NCBI GenBank assembly: GCA_964533855.1
Contig: CAZHNM010000014.1
Span: 5,238-69,237, forward strand
DNA from: an uncultured Brevinematales bacterium
GTDB taxonomy: Bacteria > Spirochaetota > Brevinematia > Brevinematales > JAOACQ01
Direction of reading: 5' to 3'
DNA length: 64,000 nucleotides
Shown: piece by piece, positions 39,727 through 49,667 of the stretch
Layout: each line of letters opens with the position of its first letter
Numbering within the stretch: the stretch's first letter is position 1
Notes under the pieces: model-generated
Seen by the model: only the letters and a program-made list of their open reading frames with translations
The model's database searches: none
Told to the model about the DNA's origin: nothing
Made by a program: the position numbers and the translations under genes

Positions 39727-40152
39727 TTAAAGATATTTGAGAACATCGTCGGCATGATTCTCAGGATTTACCCTGGGAAAAACCTTGATCACTATGCCTT
39801 TTTCATCAATTATAAATGTCGAGCGGATAGTTTTGCCGTCCCAGGCTCCATAAGATTCCATCATTTTATGATCCGTATCGGAAGCAAGATAAAAAGGAAG
39901 GTTATATTTATCTCGGAACTTCTTGTGGGAATCTCTGTCGTCGCCGCTTACGCCTATAACTGCGGCCCCTTTTTCCATAAACAGGGAATTGGCATCCCTG
40001 AAAGAGCAGGCCTCTTTCGTGCAGCCGGGGGTATCGTCCTTAGGATAAAAATACAAAACAACTTTTCTCCCCTTGAAATCGGAGAGAGATACCATGGAAC
40101 CAGAATCCGCCGGCAGCTTGAAATCAGGGGCTTTCTCGCCTTCTTTTATCAT
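39727..40152 (-). CDS. bcp: Peroxiredoxin Bcp/PrxQ
   Basis: YFYPKDDTPGCTKEAC; RBS GGAGGAG before ATG 40152. Confidence 0.93.
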   Translation of the reverse strand: MIKEGEKAPDFKLPADSGSMVSLSDFKGRKVVLYFYPKDDTPGCTKEACSFRDANSLFMEKGAAVIGVSGDDRDSHKKFRDKYNLPFYLASDTDHKMMESYGAWDGKTIRSTFIIDEKGIVIKVFPRVNPENHADDVLKYL

Positions 40153-40185
40153 ATACTCCTCCACAGCTTTTGCGTTTATTTAAAT

Positions 40186-41011
40186 TTAAAACAAATAATT
40201 TGTAATGTCAATGACCATATCCTCAAGATCATAATTCAGGCAGAGTACAGGATCGGAATTTTCCTCCGGATATTCGAAATTGATGAAGTTAGCCTGGTCG
40301 AACCTGACCGGCGTATTGCCGACTATGCGGCAAGACCTTTCATAGATATCCCGCAGGGACAGTTCGATTCCCTCCACCACGATATCTTTTTCAAGCACAG
40401 CCTTCCTGTTATAGATAGAGTCAAGGGCATCCATTTCATAAATCAGATAAAATCTCGAGGCATCCCTGACATTCACCTGGTCGGTCTTATCGAGCCTGAG
40501 GGCGTTGATAAGCCTGATCGGTGGAGTGTTGAGGATCTGGAAGCCATGCCTCGATATTATGCTCGGGACAAAAATTATCCTTGCCCTGTAGAATTCGCTC
40601 AGGAAAGAAACAAAGTTTTCGATAATACGCAGGATCCGCAGGAATCTGTTAACATTGGTTTTGAAAGGATAATTTTTAATTATGGTCAGGACACCTTCCG
40701 GATAATTCAAGGGCCCTAAGGTCGCATGGATAAGAGAAAACTGGTTGTAGAGATATTCTTCGGTTACGTTCTTGTTAAAAATATCGAAGGTAAGGTCAAG
40801 ATAAACTAAGGGCGCGCTGAAAGTTTCTTCAGACCCCGCCGGGACTATCCGGATATCCTTCAAAAGGCGGATTTTTTCCTCGAGCGATTTCATCTCGGTA
40901 TTTTCCGGCAGCAAGAGGACCGATTGCACTTTTACCCCCGAGCGTCTCAGTCACCATGTTTCTACTATAAAATAATCCTTTATAATTGTCAATCATATCC
41001 TTTTTTGACAT
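40186..41011 (-). pseudogene. Hypothetical protein apparently split by a one-base frameshift near 40930-40939
   Basis: ORF 41011 (MSKKDMIDNY...TETLG) joins ORF 40929 (VQSVLLLP...) if one base is removed from GGGGG or AAAA. Confidence 0.55.
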
Positions 41012-41055
41012 TTTTGTTTTACTATATATAATGTTTCTTATGATGGGAGGAGCAA

Positions 41056-42393
41056 ATGAGCAAGGCGGCGGTTAAACCACAAAGACCCAATGTCAATATC
41101 AACGAAGTTCTCGGCCTCATCCTCGGAGGGGGCAAGGGTACAAGGCTTTATCCGCTGACAAAAGACCGCTCGAAGCCTGCCGTCCCATTCGGAGGCTGCT
41201 TCAGGCTGATCGATATTCCGATTTCCAACTGCATTAATTCGGGCATTAACCGCGTTTTTGTAATGACTCAGTTTAACTCGACCTCGCTGAACAGGCATAT
41301 CACGCAGACCTATAAATTCGATATTTTTCATAACGGTTTCGTGGATATCTTAGCTACGGAGCAGACCCAGGACATTCCGACCAGCGCCTTTACGCAGGGT
41401 ACTGCGGACGCTGTGAGACGCGCCCTGCGGCATTTCAGGGGTTTAAGAGACTCCGGCGACGCTAAATATGTCCTGCTTCTGTCCGGCGACCAGCTTTATT
41501 CCATGGATTTCAAGACTCTCCTATCTGCGCACATAGAAAATAAAGCCCAGATAACACTCGGAATAATCCCCGTCCAGGAAGAGGATACTTCGAGGTTCGG
41601 TATTTTAAAAATCGACGAATCATGCAAGATAACGAATTTTATCGAAAAACCTAAAAACAAGGACGACATCAAGGATTGGGCCGTGCCTAAAAAATATGCT
41701 TCCGTTTGCGGCCCGGGCAAGCCGTTTTTCGGATCTATGGGCATATACCTTTTCAATATAGACACGCTTTACGATATTCTTCTGACTCACCCCGAGATGC
41801 TCGACTTCGGAAAAGAGGTTATACCCTACTCGATCGAGAATAAATACGATGTTTACGGCTTTGTACACCACGATTACTGGGAAGACATCGGGACTATCAA
41901 AAGCTTCCATCAGGCTAACATAGAACTCACTATGAAAAACGGGCCTTTCGACCTGTTCAAGCTCTCCAATCCGTTCTTCAGCCGCCCCCGTTTTCTTCCG
42001 CCGTCGAGAGTCTTCAATTCTAAAATCGATAACGCTGTGATCAGTTATGGAATAATGGTTGACGAGGTTACAGTCAAAAACAGCGTAATAGGCGTAAGAA
42101 GCATTATTAAAAAGGGCGTCAAAATAGAAAACAGCGTTATAATAGGCGCAGATTTTTATGAAACCGACGAAGCGAAGGCCAGGAACGCCGAGAAAAAAAT
42201 CCCCGATATCGGGATCGGAGAGAACACTATTATTAAAAATGCCATTATTGATAAAAACTGCAGGATAGGCAAAAACGTCAGGATAGTCAACGATGAAGGT
42301 ATCCTTAACAAGGAAGAAAACGATTACGCGATAGTTGACGGGATTGTCGTTATAGTCAAGAATTCCATTATTTCCGACGACACAGTGATCTGA
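41056..42393 (+). CDS. glgC: Glucose-1-phosphate adenylyltransferase
   Basis: ILGGGKGTRLYPLT..RSKPAVPFGG, QGTADAVR, LSGDQLY, FIEKP, SMGIY, YWEDIGT. Confidence 0.96.
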   Translation: MSKAAVKPQRPNVNINEVLGLILGGGKGTRLYPLTKDRSKPAVPFGGCFRLIDIPISNCINSGINRVFVMTQFNSTSLNRHITQTYKFDIFHNGFVDILATEQTQDIPTSAFTQGTADAVRRALRHFRGLRDSGDAKYVLLLSGDQLYSMDFKTLLSAHIENKAQITLGIIPVQEEDTSRFGILKIDESCKITNFIEKPKNKDDIKDWAVPKKYASVCGPGKPFFGSMGIYLFNIDTLYDILLTHPEMLDFGKEVIPYSIENKYDVYGFVHHDYWEDIGTIKSFHQANIELTMKNGPFDLFKLSNPFFSRPRFLPPSRVFNSKIDNAVISYGIMVDEVTVKNSVIGVRSIIKKGVKIENSVIIGADFYETDEAKARNAEKKIPDIGIGENTIIKNAIIDKNCRIGKNVRIVNDEGILNKEENDYAIVDGIVVIVKNSIISDDTVI

Positions 42394-42395
42394 AC

Positions 42396-43238
42396 ATGCA
42401 GGAGAACGGAAAAGTTATGCAGCTGCGATTCTGGGGCGTGAGGGGTTCAATACCGACGCCCGAAACCGATAAAATGAAAATCGGGGGGAACACATCATGC
42501 ATCGAGTTATCGCTCGGTGAAAAACGGGTTATCCTCGACATGGGGACAGGAATAAGGGAACTCGGTAAAAAGATAGTTAAGGAGATCGAATCCGGCAAAA
42601 CCTCCGAAATCATTATTTTTCTCAGCCATACCCACTGGGACCATATACAGGGATTTCCTTTTTTCAATCCCATATACATGCCCGGCGTAAAGATAGTCAT
42701 TTACGGGCCTGAAAAGGCAAACCGCCACCTCCAGGTTCTCCTCGAGGGCCAGATGGAGTATGACTATTTTCCGGTAAAATTCAGCCACCTTCCCTCGAAG
42801 ATTGAATTTCATGAACTTTCAGAAGGGGTTCATTCAATCATGGAGGGCGTAAGGATTGAAATAAAGCGACATATCCACCCCGCGATCGCATATACTTACA
42901 GATTCGAATATAAAGGAAAGTCCATCGTATATTCCACCGATACAGAGCATTTCCATGATGTAATCGATAAAAGGGTCGTTGAAATTTCGAAGAATGCCGA
43001 CATACTTATCCATGATGCGCAGTATACGGACCAGATCATAGGTTACAGGCTCGGCTGGGGCCACAGCACATGGAAACAGGCCGTTAAGGTTGCTTCCGAA
43101 GCCGGGGTTAAAAAGCTTGCCCTGTTTCATTATGACCCTGACCAGAGCGATGACGAGATAATGAAGATAGGAGAAGAGGCAAAACTGATTTTCCCCGGGA
43201 CAATAGTATCGAGGGAAGGCCTCGTGCTCGATATTTAA
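42396..43238 (+). CDS. MBL-fold metallo-hydrolase
   Basis: FWGVRGSIP, GGNTSC, SHTHWDHIQG, HDAQY, WGHS. Confidence 0.9.
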   Translation: MQENGKVMQLRFWGVRGSIPTPETDKMKIGGNTSCIELSLGEKRVILDMGTGIRELGKKIVKEIESGKTSEIIIFLSHTHWDHIQGFPFFNPIYMPGVKIVIYGPEKANRHLQVLLEGQMEYDYFPVKFSHLPSKIEFHELSEGVHSIMEGVRIEIKRHIHPAIAYTYRFEYKGKSIVYSTDTEHFHDVIDKRVVEISKNADILIHDAQYTDQIIGYRLGWGHSTWKQAVKVASEAGVKKLALFHYDPDQSDDEIMKIGEEAKLIFPGTIVSREGLVLDI

Positions 43239-43996
43239 ACTCCGAACACTTTCCTGAAATTCTTCTCTACCGAGTTTTCAAGCTCTTCCTCTCCTGTATT
43301 CCTCAAAGCGGAAATAAATTTATAAGTATGTTTGATATTGAGCGGATTATTTCGCTGCCCCCTCAGGGGAACCGGCGGCAGGTAAGGGGAATCCGTTTCA
43401 AGCAGAAGTTTATCGAAGGGAACGGTCAAAGCGGCTTCCCTGAGTCCCCTGGCGCCGGAATACGTAACGTTTCCCGCAAAAGATATAAAATATCCGTTCG
43501 AAAGGAACTTTTCAGCCTCCCCGGGCCCGTATCCGAAACAATGAATGATCACATCGCTGCTGAACCTGTAATCCGATAAAATCCTGTAAGTGTCTTCAAA
43601 TGCATCCCTCGAGTGGACGATAAGAGGAAGGGATTTTTCGATGCTTGCCTCGATTTGCGCCCTGAACAGGACTTCCTGGCATTCATGCGATCCGTAGTCC
43701 CTGTGATAATCGATCCCGCATTCGCCGACAGCCCTTACAGGGCCCGCATCAAGTATAGCTTTGAATTCTTCCCCCTTTTCCTTCGTGTAAAGAGCGGCCT
43801 CTTCCGGATAAAGCCCGAAAGCGAGTATCACATTAGCGGGGAGAAGCCTGTCTTTCATATTCAAGAATTCAAGCGCATTTGTCGATACATCAACAATATA
43901 TCGCATTGCTGACGCTAATCCGGAAACTTCCCGGTTAAAATCCGGACCTGAAAAACAGTGCTGGAGATGGCAATGACTGTCGAGCAGCATAATCAC
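43235..43996 (-). CDS. tatD: TatD family hydrolase
   Basis: DSHCH, GLYPE, GECGIDY, VHSRDA, IHCF, LETDSPYLPP. Confidence 0.93.
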   Translation of the reverse strand: MIMLLDSHCHLQHCFSGPDFNREVSGLASAMRYIVDVSTNALEFLNMKDRLLPANVILAFGLYPEEAALYTKEKGEEFKAILDAGPVRAVGECGIDYHRDYGSHECQEVLFRAQIEASIEKSLPLIVHSRDAFEDTYRILSDYRFSSDVIIHCFGYGPGEAEKFLSNGYFISFAGNVTYSGARGLREAALTVPFDKLLLETDSPYLPPVPLRGQRNNPLNIKHTYKFISALRNTGEEELENSVEKNFRKVFGV

Positions 43997-44049
43997 CTTT
44001 TATATATAAACTTATTAACTTTCTTGACTTTATTGTAATGTGAGGTAAG

Positions 44050-44078
44050 ATTATATAATCAAAATTATTCCAAGTCAA
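44050..44078 (-). promoter_or_regulatory. sigma70 promoter for tatD, overlapping a divergent candidate promoter
   Basis: Minus: TTGACT (44078-44073), 17 bp, TATAAT (44055-44050); plus: TTGACT (44024-44029), 16 bp, TAAGAT (44046-44051). Confidence 0.6.
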
Positions 44079-44175
44079 AAAGGAGTCATTAATTGGGGAA
44101 AAAAATTGAATAAGTATTCTCTTCGATATATAATATCCAGCCATTGCTTGCGTAAATTAGAATTAGGAGGCGCGA

Positions 44176-45210
44176 ATGGCAAACTATAGTAAAAAAAGGC
44201 CTGTTTTTAAATCAAAAGCTGAAATGTATAAAAAGTCGCGCTGGATGAAATTCAAAGAAGTTGTTGCCCTTTATTACAGCAATATAAAAAGGTCATTTGC
44301 CAAACTTCTATACAAGATCAATGAAAAAGGCTCCCAGAGGCTTACTATCATGGTCGTTCCCCATTCTGAAAAGAAAATCGTCAATATTCAGATCTCTAAT
44401 TATATACTTTTTTCCTTCAGCGTTCTTCTCGGGATCACGATCGGAGCTTCGGTCCTCGCTATCGGCCAGACCAATCATAACCAGAAGCAGTATGATTTCC
44501 TTATCAGGGATGACGACCTCAAGCAGAGGCAGATCGAAGATTTTAAAACCCAGATAGAGAGTTTCGATAAGCGTTTTACATCGCTGAAAGTGGATATCAC
44601 AAATATCATAAGGTCTGTCGGTAAGGACAAGAACGTATACAATTACGACAATATCGAGATTCCCGATAATGATTCCACGAACAGCACTGCGCGCCAGACA
44701 AAGATTTTAAATAAGCTTAAAAACGATCTCGAAGTAACAAAAAATAATGTTGTCAGAATAGGTAAATGCATCGAAGAATGGGACAGTCTTTTAAATTCAA
44801 TTCCCTCCAAGTATCCGCTGCCTGAACGCGTGGCGATAACTTCTCCATTCGGGCTGAGGGTAGATCCTGTCTTTACCTGGAGGACGGAGTTTCATCCCGG
44901 GGTCGATCTTGCGGCATTTCCAGGGACTCCTATCCTTGCGGCAGCCGATGGCCAGGTTATTTCCGCCGGCTGGCTCGGCGGTTACGGGCTGCAGGTTGAA
45001 ATCAGGCATAAATACGGTTTCTCGACAAGATACGCCCACATGGAAGAAATCGGGCCTGGAGTTGTTCCGGGCGCACAGATAAGGCAGGGCCAGGTTGTAG
45101 GTTACGTCGGTATGACAGGAAAAGTTACCGGGCCGCACCTGCATTTCGAAGTCCTTATCGGGGAATCCCAGATCGATCCGGTGCCTTTTACAACTATGAT
45201 GATGCCTTAG
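44176..45210 (+). CDS. M23 family metallopeptidase with TM and coiled coil
   Basis: FHPGVDLAA, TRYAHM, TGPHLHFEV. Confidence 0.92.
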   Translation: MANYSKKRPVFKSKAEMYKKSRWMKFKEVVALYYSNIKRSFAKLLYKINEKGSQRLTIMVVPHSEKKIVNIQISNYILFSFSVLLGITIGASVLAIGQTNHNQKQYDFLIRDDDLKQRQIEDFKTQIESFDKRFTSLKVDITNIIRSVGKDKNVYNYDNIEIPDNDSTNSTARQTKILNKLKNDLEVTKNNVVRIGKCIEEWDSLLNSIPSKYPLPERVAITSPFGLRVDPVFTWRTEFHPGVDLAAFPGTPILAAADGQVISAGWLGGYGLQVEIRHKYGFSTRYAHMEEIGPGVVPGAQIRQGQVVGYVGMTGKVTGPHLHFEVLIGESQIDPVPFTTMMMP

Positions 45211-45226
45211 AAATCCTGGGGGGTTT

Positions 45227-45673
45227 ATGGATTCTACCGAGTTAAAAACAACCGAGATTAAAGCCGAAGATACTACCGGAAAAAGTCCGATATCAAACAG
45301 TGTTATCGGCCGTGAAAACGCCTTTTCGGGAGAATTCCGTTCCGACGGCCTTCTTCGCATAGACGGCGATTTCAAGGGAGTTATCAAGGGTTACGGCATA
45401 GTATTGGTCGGGGAAAAGGGCAGGATCATCGGCGATATTTATGCCCGCATGGTCAGGATCGGAGGAAGGATAAAGGGCAATGTATACGCCCTCGAAAGAG
45501 TCGATATCCTTTCAACCGGAGTGCTTCATGGCGAGCTGTGGACCAAAAAATGCCTTGCGGAAGAAGGAATGGTCTTCAGCGGTGTTTCCAAAATAGATAC
45601 TAAAAATGAAATCGATGCCGTTTTTGAAAGCAAGATTAAAAGGATAGCGCCGCTAATAGATGAGGAATTTTAA
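45227..45673 (+). CDS. Bactofilin (polymer-forming cytoskeletal protein)
   Basis: SVIG..FSGEFRSDGLLRIDGDFKG..VLVGEKGRIIGDI repeats. Confidence 0.9.
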   Translation: MDSTELKTTEIKAEDTTGKSPISNSVIGRENAFSGEFRSDGLLRIDGDFKGVIKGYGIVLVGEKGRIIGDIYARMVRIGGRIKGNVYALERVDILSTGVLHGELWTKKCLAEEGMVFSGVSKIDTKNEIDAVFESKIKRIAPLIDEEF

Positions 45674-46180
45674 ATGCAGGAAAATTCTCGGGTAATAATA
45701 GGAATAATAACGTCCGGATATATCATTAAAGTCATCGGCAAGGGGACAATGGAGTATTGTTCGGAATTATTCCAGTTCCTTTCCGAAAAGATTGAAAATG
45801 AAAAGGCTGAAAATGTGTATTTCGAGCTTTCCGAAACGACATATCTTGACAGCTCCTTTATAGGAGTTATAGTTTCTGTGCAGAAAAAGCTTAAAAAAGC
45901 CAGCAACGGCAACCTTATTCTTTTAAATCCTTCGGATAAGACAAAGGAAATACTCTCCACCATGGGCCTTCTCGACATAATGCCTATCCAGGAGAACGAC
46001 ACCTTTAAAAACATAGAAATCAGCAGTGAAATCAAAAAAAAACTTGAAAAGAACTACCAGGACATACAGGTTTTACTGGAATCCCATCAGAATCTCATGG
46101 AACTTTCCAGCGAAAACAGGAAACGCTTCAGCCTTGTCGAGGAAATGCTGAAAAAGGAACTCGAGAAGGAGAAGAAATGA
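45674..46180 (+). CDS. STAS-domain (anti-sigma antagonist-like) protein
   Basis: FELSETTYLDSSFIG motif. Confidence 0.85.
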   Translation: MQENSRVIIGIITSGYIIKVIGKGTMEYCSELFQFLSEKIENEKAENVYFELSETTYLDSSFIGVIVSVQKKLKKASNGNLILLNPSDKTKEILSTMGLLDIMPIQENDTFKNIEISSEIKKKLEKNYQDIQVLLESHQNLMELSSENRKRFSLVEEMLKKELEKEKK

Positions 46181-46971
46181 ACCGTATCCACCCGACGGCG
46201 CTGCTCGGCAAAGATGTCAAACTCGGAGACAATATAGACATAGGTCCGTATGCCGTTATAGACGGCAATGTTGAAATCGGGGACGGCTGCGTCATCGGCC
46301 CCTCCGTTTACATTACAGGCTGGGTAAAACTAGGCTTAAAAAACAGGATCTACCCTTTTACAGCAATAGGCACGCCTCCCCAGGATTATTCTTTCGGCGG
46401 AGAACCGGGGCTTATCCTCATCGGGGATAACTGCATGATCCGTGAAGGCGCCTCTATACACACCCCCGTCCATGGCGACCAGGGCTCTCAGACCGTTGTG
46501 GGAAATAACGTTTTTTTAATGGGAAATTCTCATGTGGCTCATAACGCTAATGTCGGCGATAACTGCCAGCTTGTCCAGGGTGCAGCTTTAGGCGGGTATG
46601 TGATACTCGAACACGATGTAATCATCGGCGGCAACACAGGCATACATCAGAATTGCCGGATCGGCGCTTATTCCATGATAGGAGCCCTGAGCAAAGCATC
46701 CCAGGACGTGCCGCCATATATGTTAGCCGACGGCTCGCCGGTCATCGGATACGGCCTGAACAGCGTCGGTTTGAAAAGGAAAGGCATAGGACAGGAAGAA
46801 CGGTCAAAGATAAAAGAGGCATATCAGATCCTCTTTTCAGGAAAATCCCGTAAAGAAGCGCTCGTTGAGTGCCGGATAAAATTCCCTGAAGGGAAAGTGA
46901 GTGTCCTGATCGATAACCTGATAAAGTTCATCGAAGCCTCAAAACGGGGCACAATCAGCTATCATGAATAG
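46177..46971 (+). CDS. lpxA: Acyl-ACP--UDP-N-acetylglucosamine O-acyltransferase
   Basis: IHPTA, hexapeptide repeats, IGTPPQD, SHVAHN, HQNCRIG, QDVPPY, GLNSVGLKR. Confidence 0.95.
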   Translation: MNRIHPTALLGKDVKLGDNIDIGPYAVIDGNVEIGDGCVIGPSVYITGWVKLGLKNRIYPFTAIGTPPQDYSFGGEPGLILIGDNCMIREGASIHTPVHGDQGSQTVVGNNVFLMGNSHVAHNANVGDNCQLVQGAALGGYVILEHDVIIGGNTGIHQNCRIGAYSMIGALSKASQDVPPYMLADGSPVIGYGLNSVGLKRKGIGQEERSKIKEAYQILFSGKSRKEALVECRIKFPEGKVSVLIDNLIKFIEASKRGTISYHE

Positions 46972-48124
46972 CAAGACTATTTTTGTTTCGGCCGGCGAAG
47001 TGTCCGGCGATATACATGCCGCCGCCCTGATAAAAAAAATGAAGGAACTCGATCCCACCCTCAGTTTCGAAGGCCTGGGCGGACCTAACATGATCTCTGC
47101 AGGTATGAAGAGCATTTTAAAAGCCGATTTTTCAACAATGAGCACAATGGGATTCATGGAAGCAATGCGGTTTTTTCGTAAAAAATCCTCTATTTTAAAA
47201 TCGAGCCTTAAATATATCAGGGACAAAGAGATTAAGCACCTCCTGCTTGTAGATAACCAGGGCTTTAACATACCGTTGGCAAAAAAAGCATTCAAATCAG
47301 GCGTAAAAAGCATATATTATTTCCCGCCCCATGTTTCAATCTGGGCAAAGTGGAACGCCCGGATAGTGGCCCGGTATGTCGATCTTATAATAGCTCCATT
47401 CTACCAGGATTACCTGATCTATAAAGAAAAAGTCCCCGCAGGCAGCGCGGTCTTCCCGGGTCACCCTCTTCTCGATATTACATCGGAACCCTTCACGGCA
47501 AAAGGGTTATATGAAAAATATAAACTTGATAAAAACAAAAAAATCGTTTCAATCATGCCGGGAAGCCGTTTCCAGGAAATTGAAACCCTCACCGGGCCGA
47601 TGCTCCAGGCCGCGAAGATCCTTATTGAAAAACATGGGGTGTCTGTTATCCTGCCGGTTTCTCACAAAGAGTTTGAAAAAACAATACTTGAAAAGATAAA
47701 TTTTTACGGACTGGAAAATAGCATCATAATTATAAGGAACGACTCATATAACGCGATGAGGATGGCGGATGTCAATATCCTGGCTTCGGGGACCGCTTCC
47801 CTCGAATCAGCCCTTTTCCGCAAGCCTCCGGTTATTTGTTATAAAATATCCCCTGTTTCTTTTCTGATTGGGAAACTGCTTATACAGGTGAAAATGATCG
47901 GGCTGCCGAATATTCTCCTGGGAAAAAAATATTTTCCCGAGCTCCTGCAGAAGGATTGCAGCGCTGATAATATAGTTAAAGAAACTTTATCTCTCCTGCA
48001 TCCTGACGCGGAGAAAAAGAAGGAGATGGCCGGATATTTCGATGATATCAGAAAATCTCTGGGAGAGGAAAATGTCATCGAAAGAGTGGCGCGTTTATTA
48101 ACCGAAAGGATTTCGGATGCCTAG
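46964..48124 (+). CDS. lpxB: Lipid-A-disaccharide synthase
   Basis: SAGEVSGD, GHPL, PGSRFQEI, ASGTASLE, IGLPNIL, PELLQ. Confidence 0.94.
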   Translation: MNSKTIFVSAGEVSGDIHAAALIKKMKELDPTLSFEGLGGPNMISAGMKSILKADFSTMSTMGFMEAMRFFRKKSSILKSSLKYIRDKEIKHLLLVDNQGFNIPLAKKAFKSGVKSIYYFPPHVSIWAKWNARIVARYVDLIIAPFYQDYLIYKEKVPAGSAVFPGHPLLDITSEPFTAKGLYEKYKLDKNKKIVSIMPGSRFQEIETLTGPMLQAAKILIEKHGVSVILPVSHKEFEKTILEKINFYGLENSIIIIRNDSYNAMRMADVNILASGTASLESALFRKPPVICYKISPVSFLIGKLLIQVKMIGLPNILLGKKYFPELLQKDCSADNIVKETLSLLHPDAEKKKEMAGYFDDIRKSLGEENVIERVARLLTERISDA

Positions 48125-48524
48125 GCTTCTCGGGATCGATTACGGCGGGAAAAGAGTCGGGATCGCCATATCCGACGAATTGCAGATTTTATCCAGCCCG
48201 CTAACGGTTTTAATCAACAATGCCTCTTTACCGTCGGAATTGAAAAAAATATGCAAAGATAACGCGGTAGAAAAAATAGTCATAGGGTTCCCCTATTCCG
48301 AAAAATACAAGGAAGCGTCCCTTGAAGTCACCGCATTTTCAGAAAAAATAAAACAGTACACAGGGCTTGCCGTCGATTTTCAAAACGAGGAAAACAGCAC
48401 GGTTTATTCGTTAAGCCTTCTGAAATCAATGGGCATTAACGAAAAGAAGATCAAGTCTGTAATCGATAAATTCGCCGCCCAGAAGATTCTCGAAGATTAC
48501 ATCAAAAATAACCCCAAAGCATAG
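48117..48524 (+). CDS. ruvX: YqgF/RuvX family nuclease
   Basis: LLGIDYGGKRVGIAISD, VIGFP, IDKFAAQKILE. Confidence 0.9.
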   Translation: MPRLLGIDYGGKRVGIAISDELQILSSPLTVLINNASLPSELKKICKDNAVEKIVIGFPYSEKYKEASLEVTAFSEKIKQYTGLAVDFQNEENSTVYSLSLLKSMGINEKKIKSVIDKFAAQKILEDYIKNNPKA

Positions 48525-48607
48525 AATGGTGTATGATATTTATTACACCCCGTCATGGGGTTCATTCATATCTCTATTAATTACAATCGTTAACCCGCTT
48601 TTCAATG

Positions 48608-48623
48608 TGGCATAATAATTGCA
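48608..48623 (+). promoter_or_regulatory. Candidate sigma54 (-24/-12) promoter upstream of lpxC
   Basis: TGGCATAATAATTGCA: GG-N10-GC with TGGCA and TTGCA flanks, 30 nt upstream of ATG. Confidence 0.65.
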
Positions 48624-48652
48624 ACATGACATGTAGAATTATGGAGCGTTAG

Positions 48653-49582
48653 ATGAGAAAGCAGCAGACATTGAAAAGCAGGATAGATTTCAGCGGAACA
48701 GGGATACACAGCGGCCATTCCTGCGATATCATTCTCAAACCGGCTCCCGAAGACACGGGGCTGCTTTTTTTAAGCAAAGCGGGTCAGTCAAAAGAGTATA
48801 TACCTTACAATATCGGAAATATTATAGATACCCGGAACAACATATCCATATCCAACGGCAGGGCCGTTATCAAGACTGTTGAACACCTTGTTTCGGCCCT
48901 GTACGCATGCAAAATCGATAATTGTATTATAGAGTGCAGTTCCAACGAAATACCGATTCTCGACGGGAGTTCAAGGCTCTTCGTAGAAGGCATCAATAGC
49001 GCCGGCATCGAAGAGCAATCAATCACCCGTGAAGAATTCATGGTAATCAACCCGGTCTGGACTACCATGTCCGACAAATACATAATAGCCCTGCCTTATA
49101 ACGGCTTCAAGATAAGCTACACCATTTCCTTCCCTAATTCTCCCATAGGCACCCAGACCTTCAACACTGAAATATCCCCGGACACGTTCAGCAAGGATAT
49201 TTCGAGCGCAAGGACGTTCGGCTTTATAGAAGACCTTGAAAATTACAAAAAAACCGGCCTTTCGAGGGGTGTAACTCTTGATAACGTTCAGGCATACAGC
49301 AAAAAAGAAAATAAGATCCTTAACTCATCCAGGTATCATGACGAACCTGTGAGGCACAAGATCCTTGATCTATTAGGAAGCCTCGCCCTTTTGAATTTCG
49401 ACATTAAAGGCTTTATAATAGCTTACAAGGGCGGTCATACTATCGATGTGGCTTTCATCCAGAAAATGATGGCAATTTTCACTGCGCCCATACCCCGTCC
49501 TCTCGACCGTTTCTATCATGGGGAATCGGGTTATTTCTTCAATGCGGGAAACACGGCTGATATTCTCAAAATTCCTTCCTGA
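48653..49582 (+). CDS. lpxC: UDP-3-O-acyl-N-acetylglucosamine deacetylase
   Basis: GTGIHSG, TVEHLVSAL, EIPILDGS, ARTFGF, RHKILDLLG, GGH. Confidence 0.95.
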   Translation: MRKQQTLKSRIDFSGTGIHSGHSCDIILKPAPEDTGLLFLSKAGQSKEYIPYNIGNIIDTRNNISISNGRAVIKTVEHLVSALYACKIDNCIIECSSNEIPILDGSSRLFVEGINSAGIEEQSITREEFMVINPVWTTMSDKYIIALPYNGFKISYTISFPNSPIGTQTFNTEISPDTFSKDISSARTFGFIEDLENYKKTGLSRGVTLDNVQAYSKKENKILNSSRYHDEPVRHKILDLLGSLALLNFDIKGFIIAYKGGHTIDVAFIQKMMAIFTAPIPRPLDRFYHGESGYFFNAGNTADILKIPS

Positions 49583-49607
49583 CATTCAATCTTAAACAGT
49601 TCAATAT

Positions 49608-49636
49608 TTGACAAAGGTCACCTGTAAATTTATAAT
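49608..49636 (+). promoter_or_regulatory. Perfect sigma70 promoter of the rpsP operon
   Basis: TTGACA (49608-49613), 17 bp, TATAAT (49631-49636). Confidence 0.85.
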
Positions 49637-49667
49637 AGTAACTCGATTTTATCATGGGAGGAAACCA

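Noticed and set aside
39754-40719. 321-aa plus-strand ORF
   Set aside because: Antisense shadow of bcp and the hypothetical gene; no recognisable motifs
49608-49667. N-terminal extension of RpsP suggested by the ORF track
   Set aside because: The TTG at 49608 is the -35 box of a perfect promoter; the real start is TTG 49668 after GGGAGG
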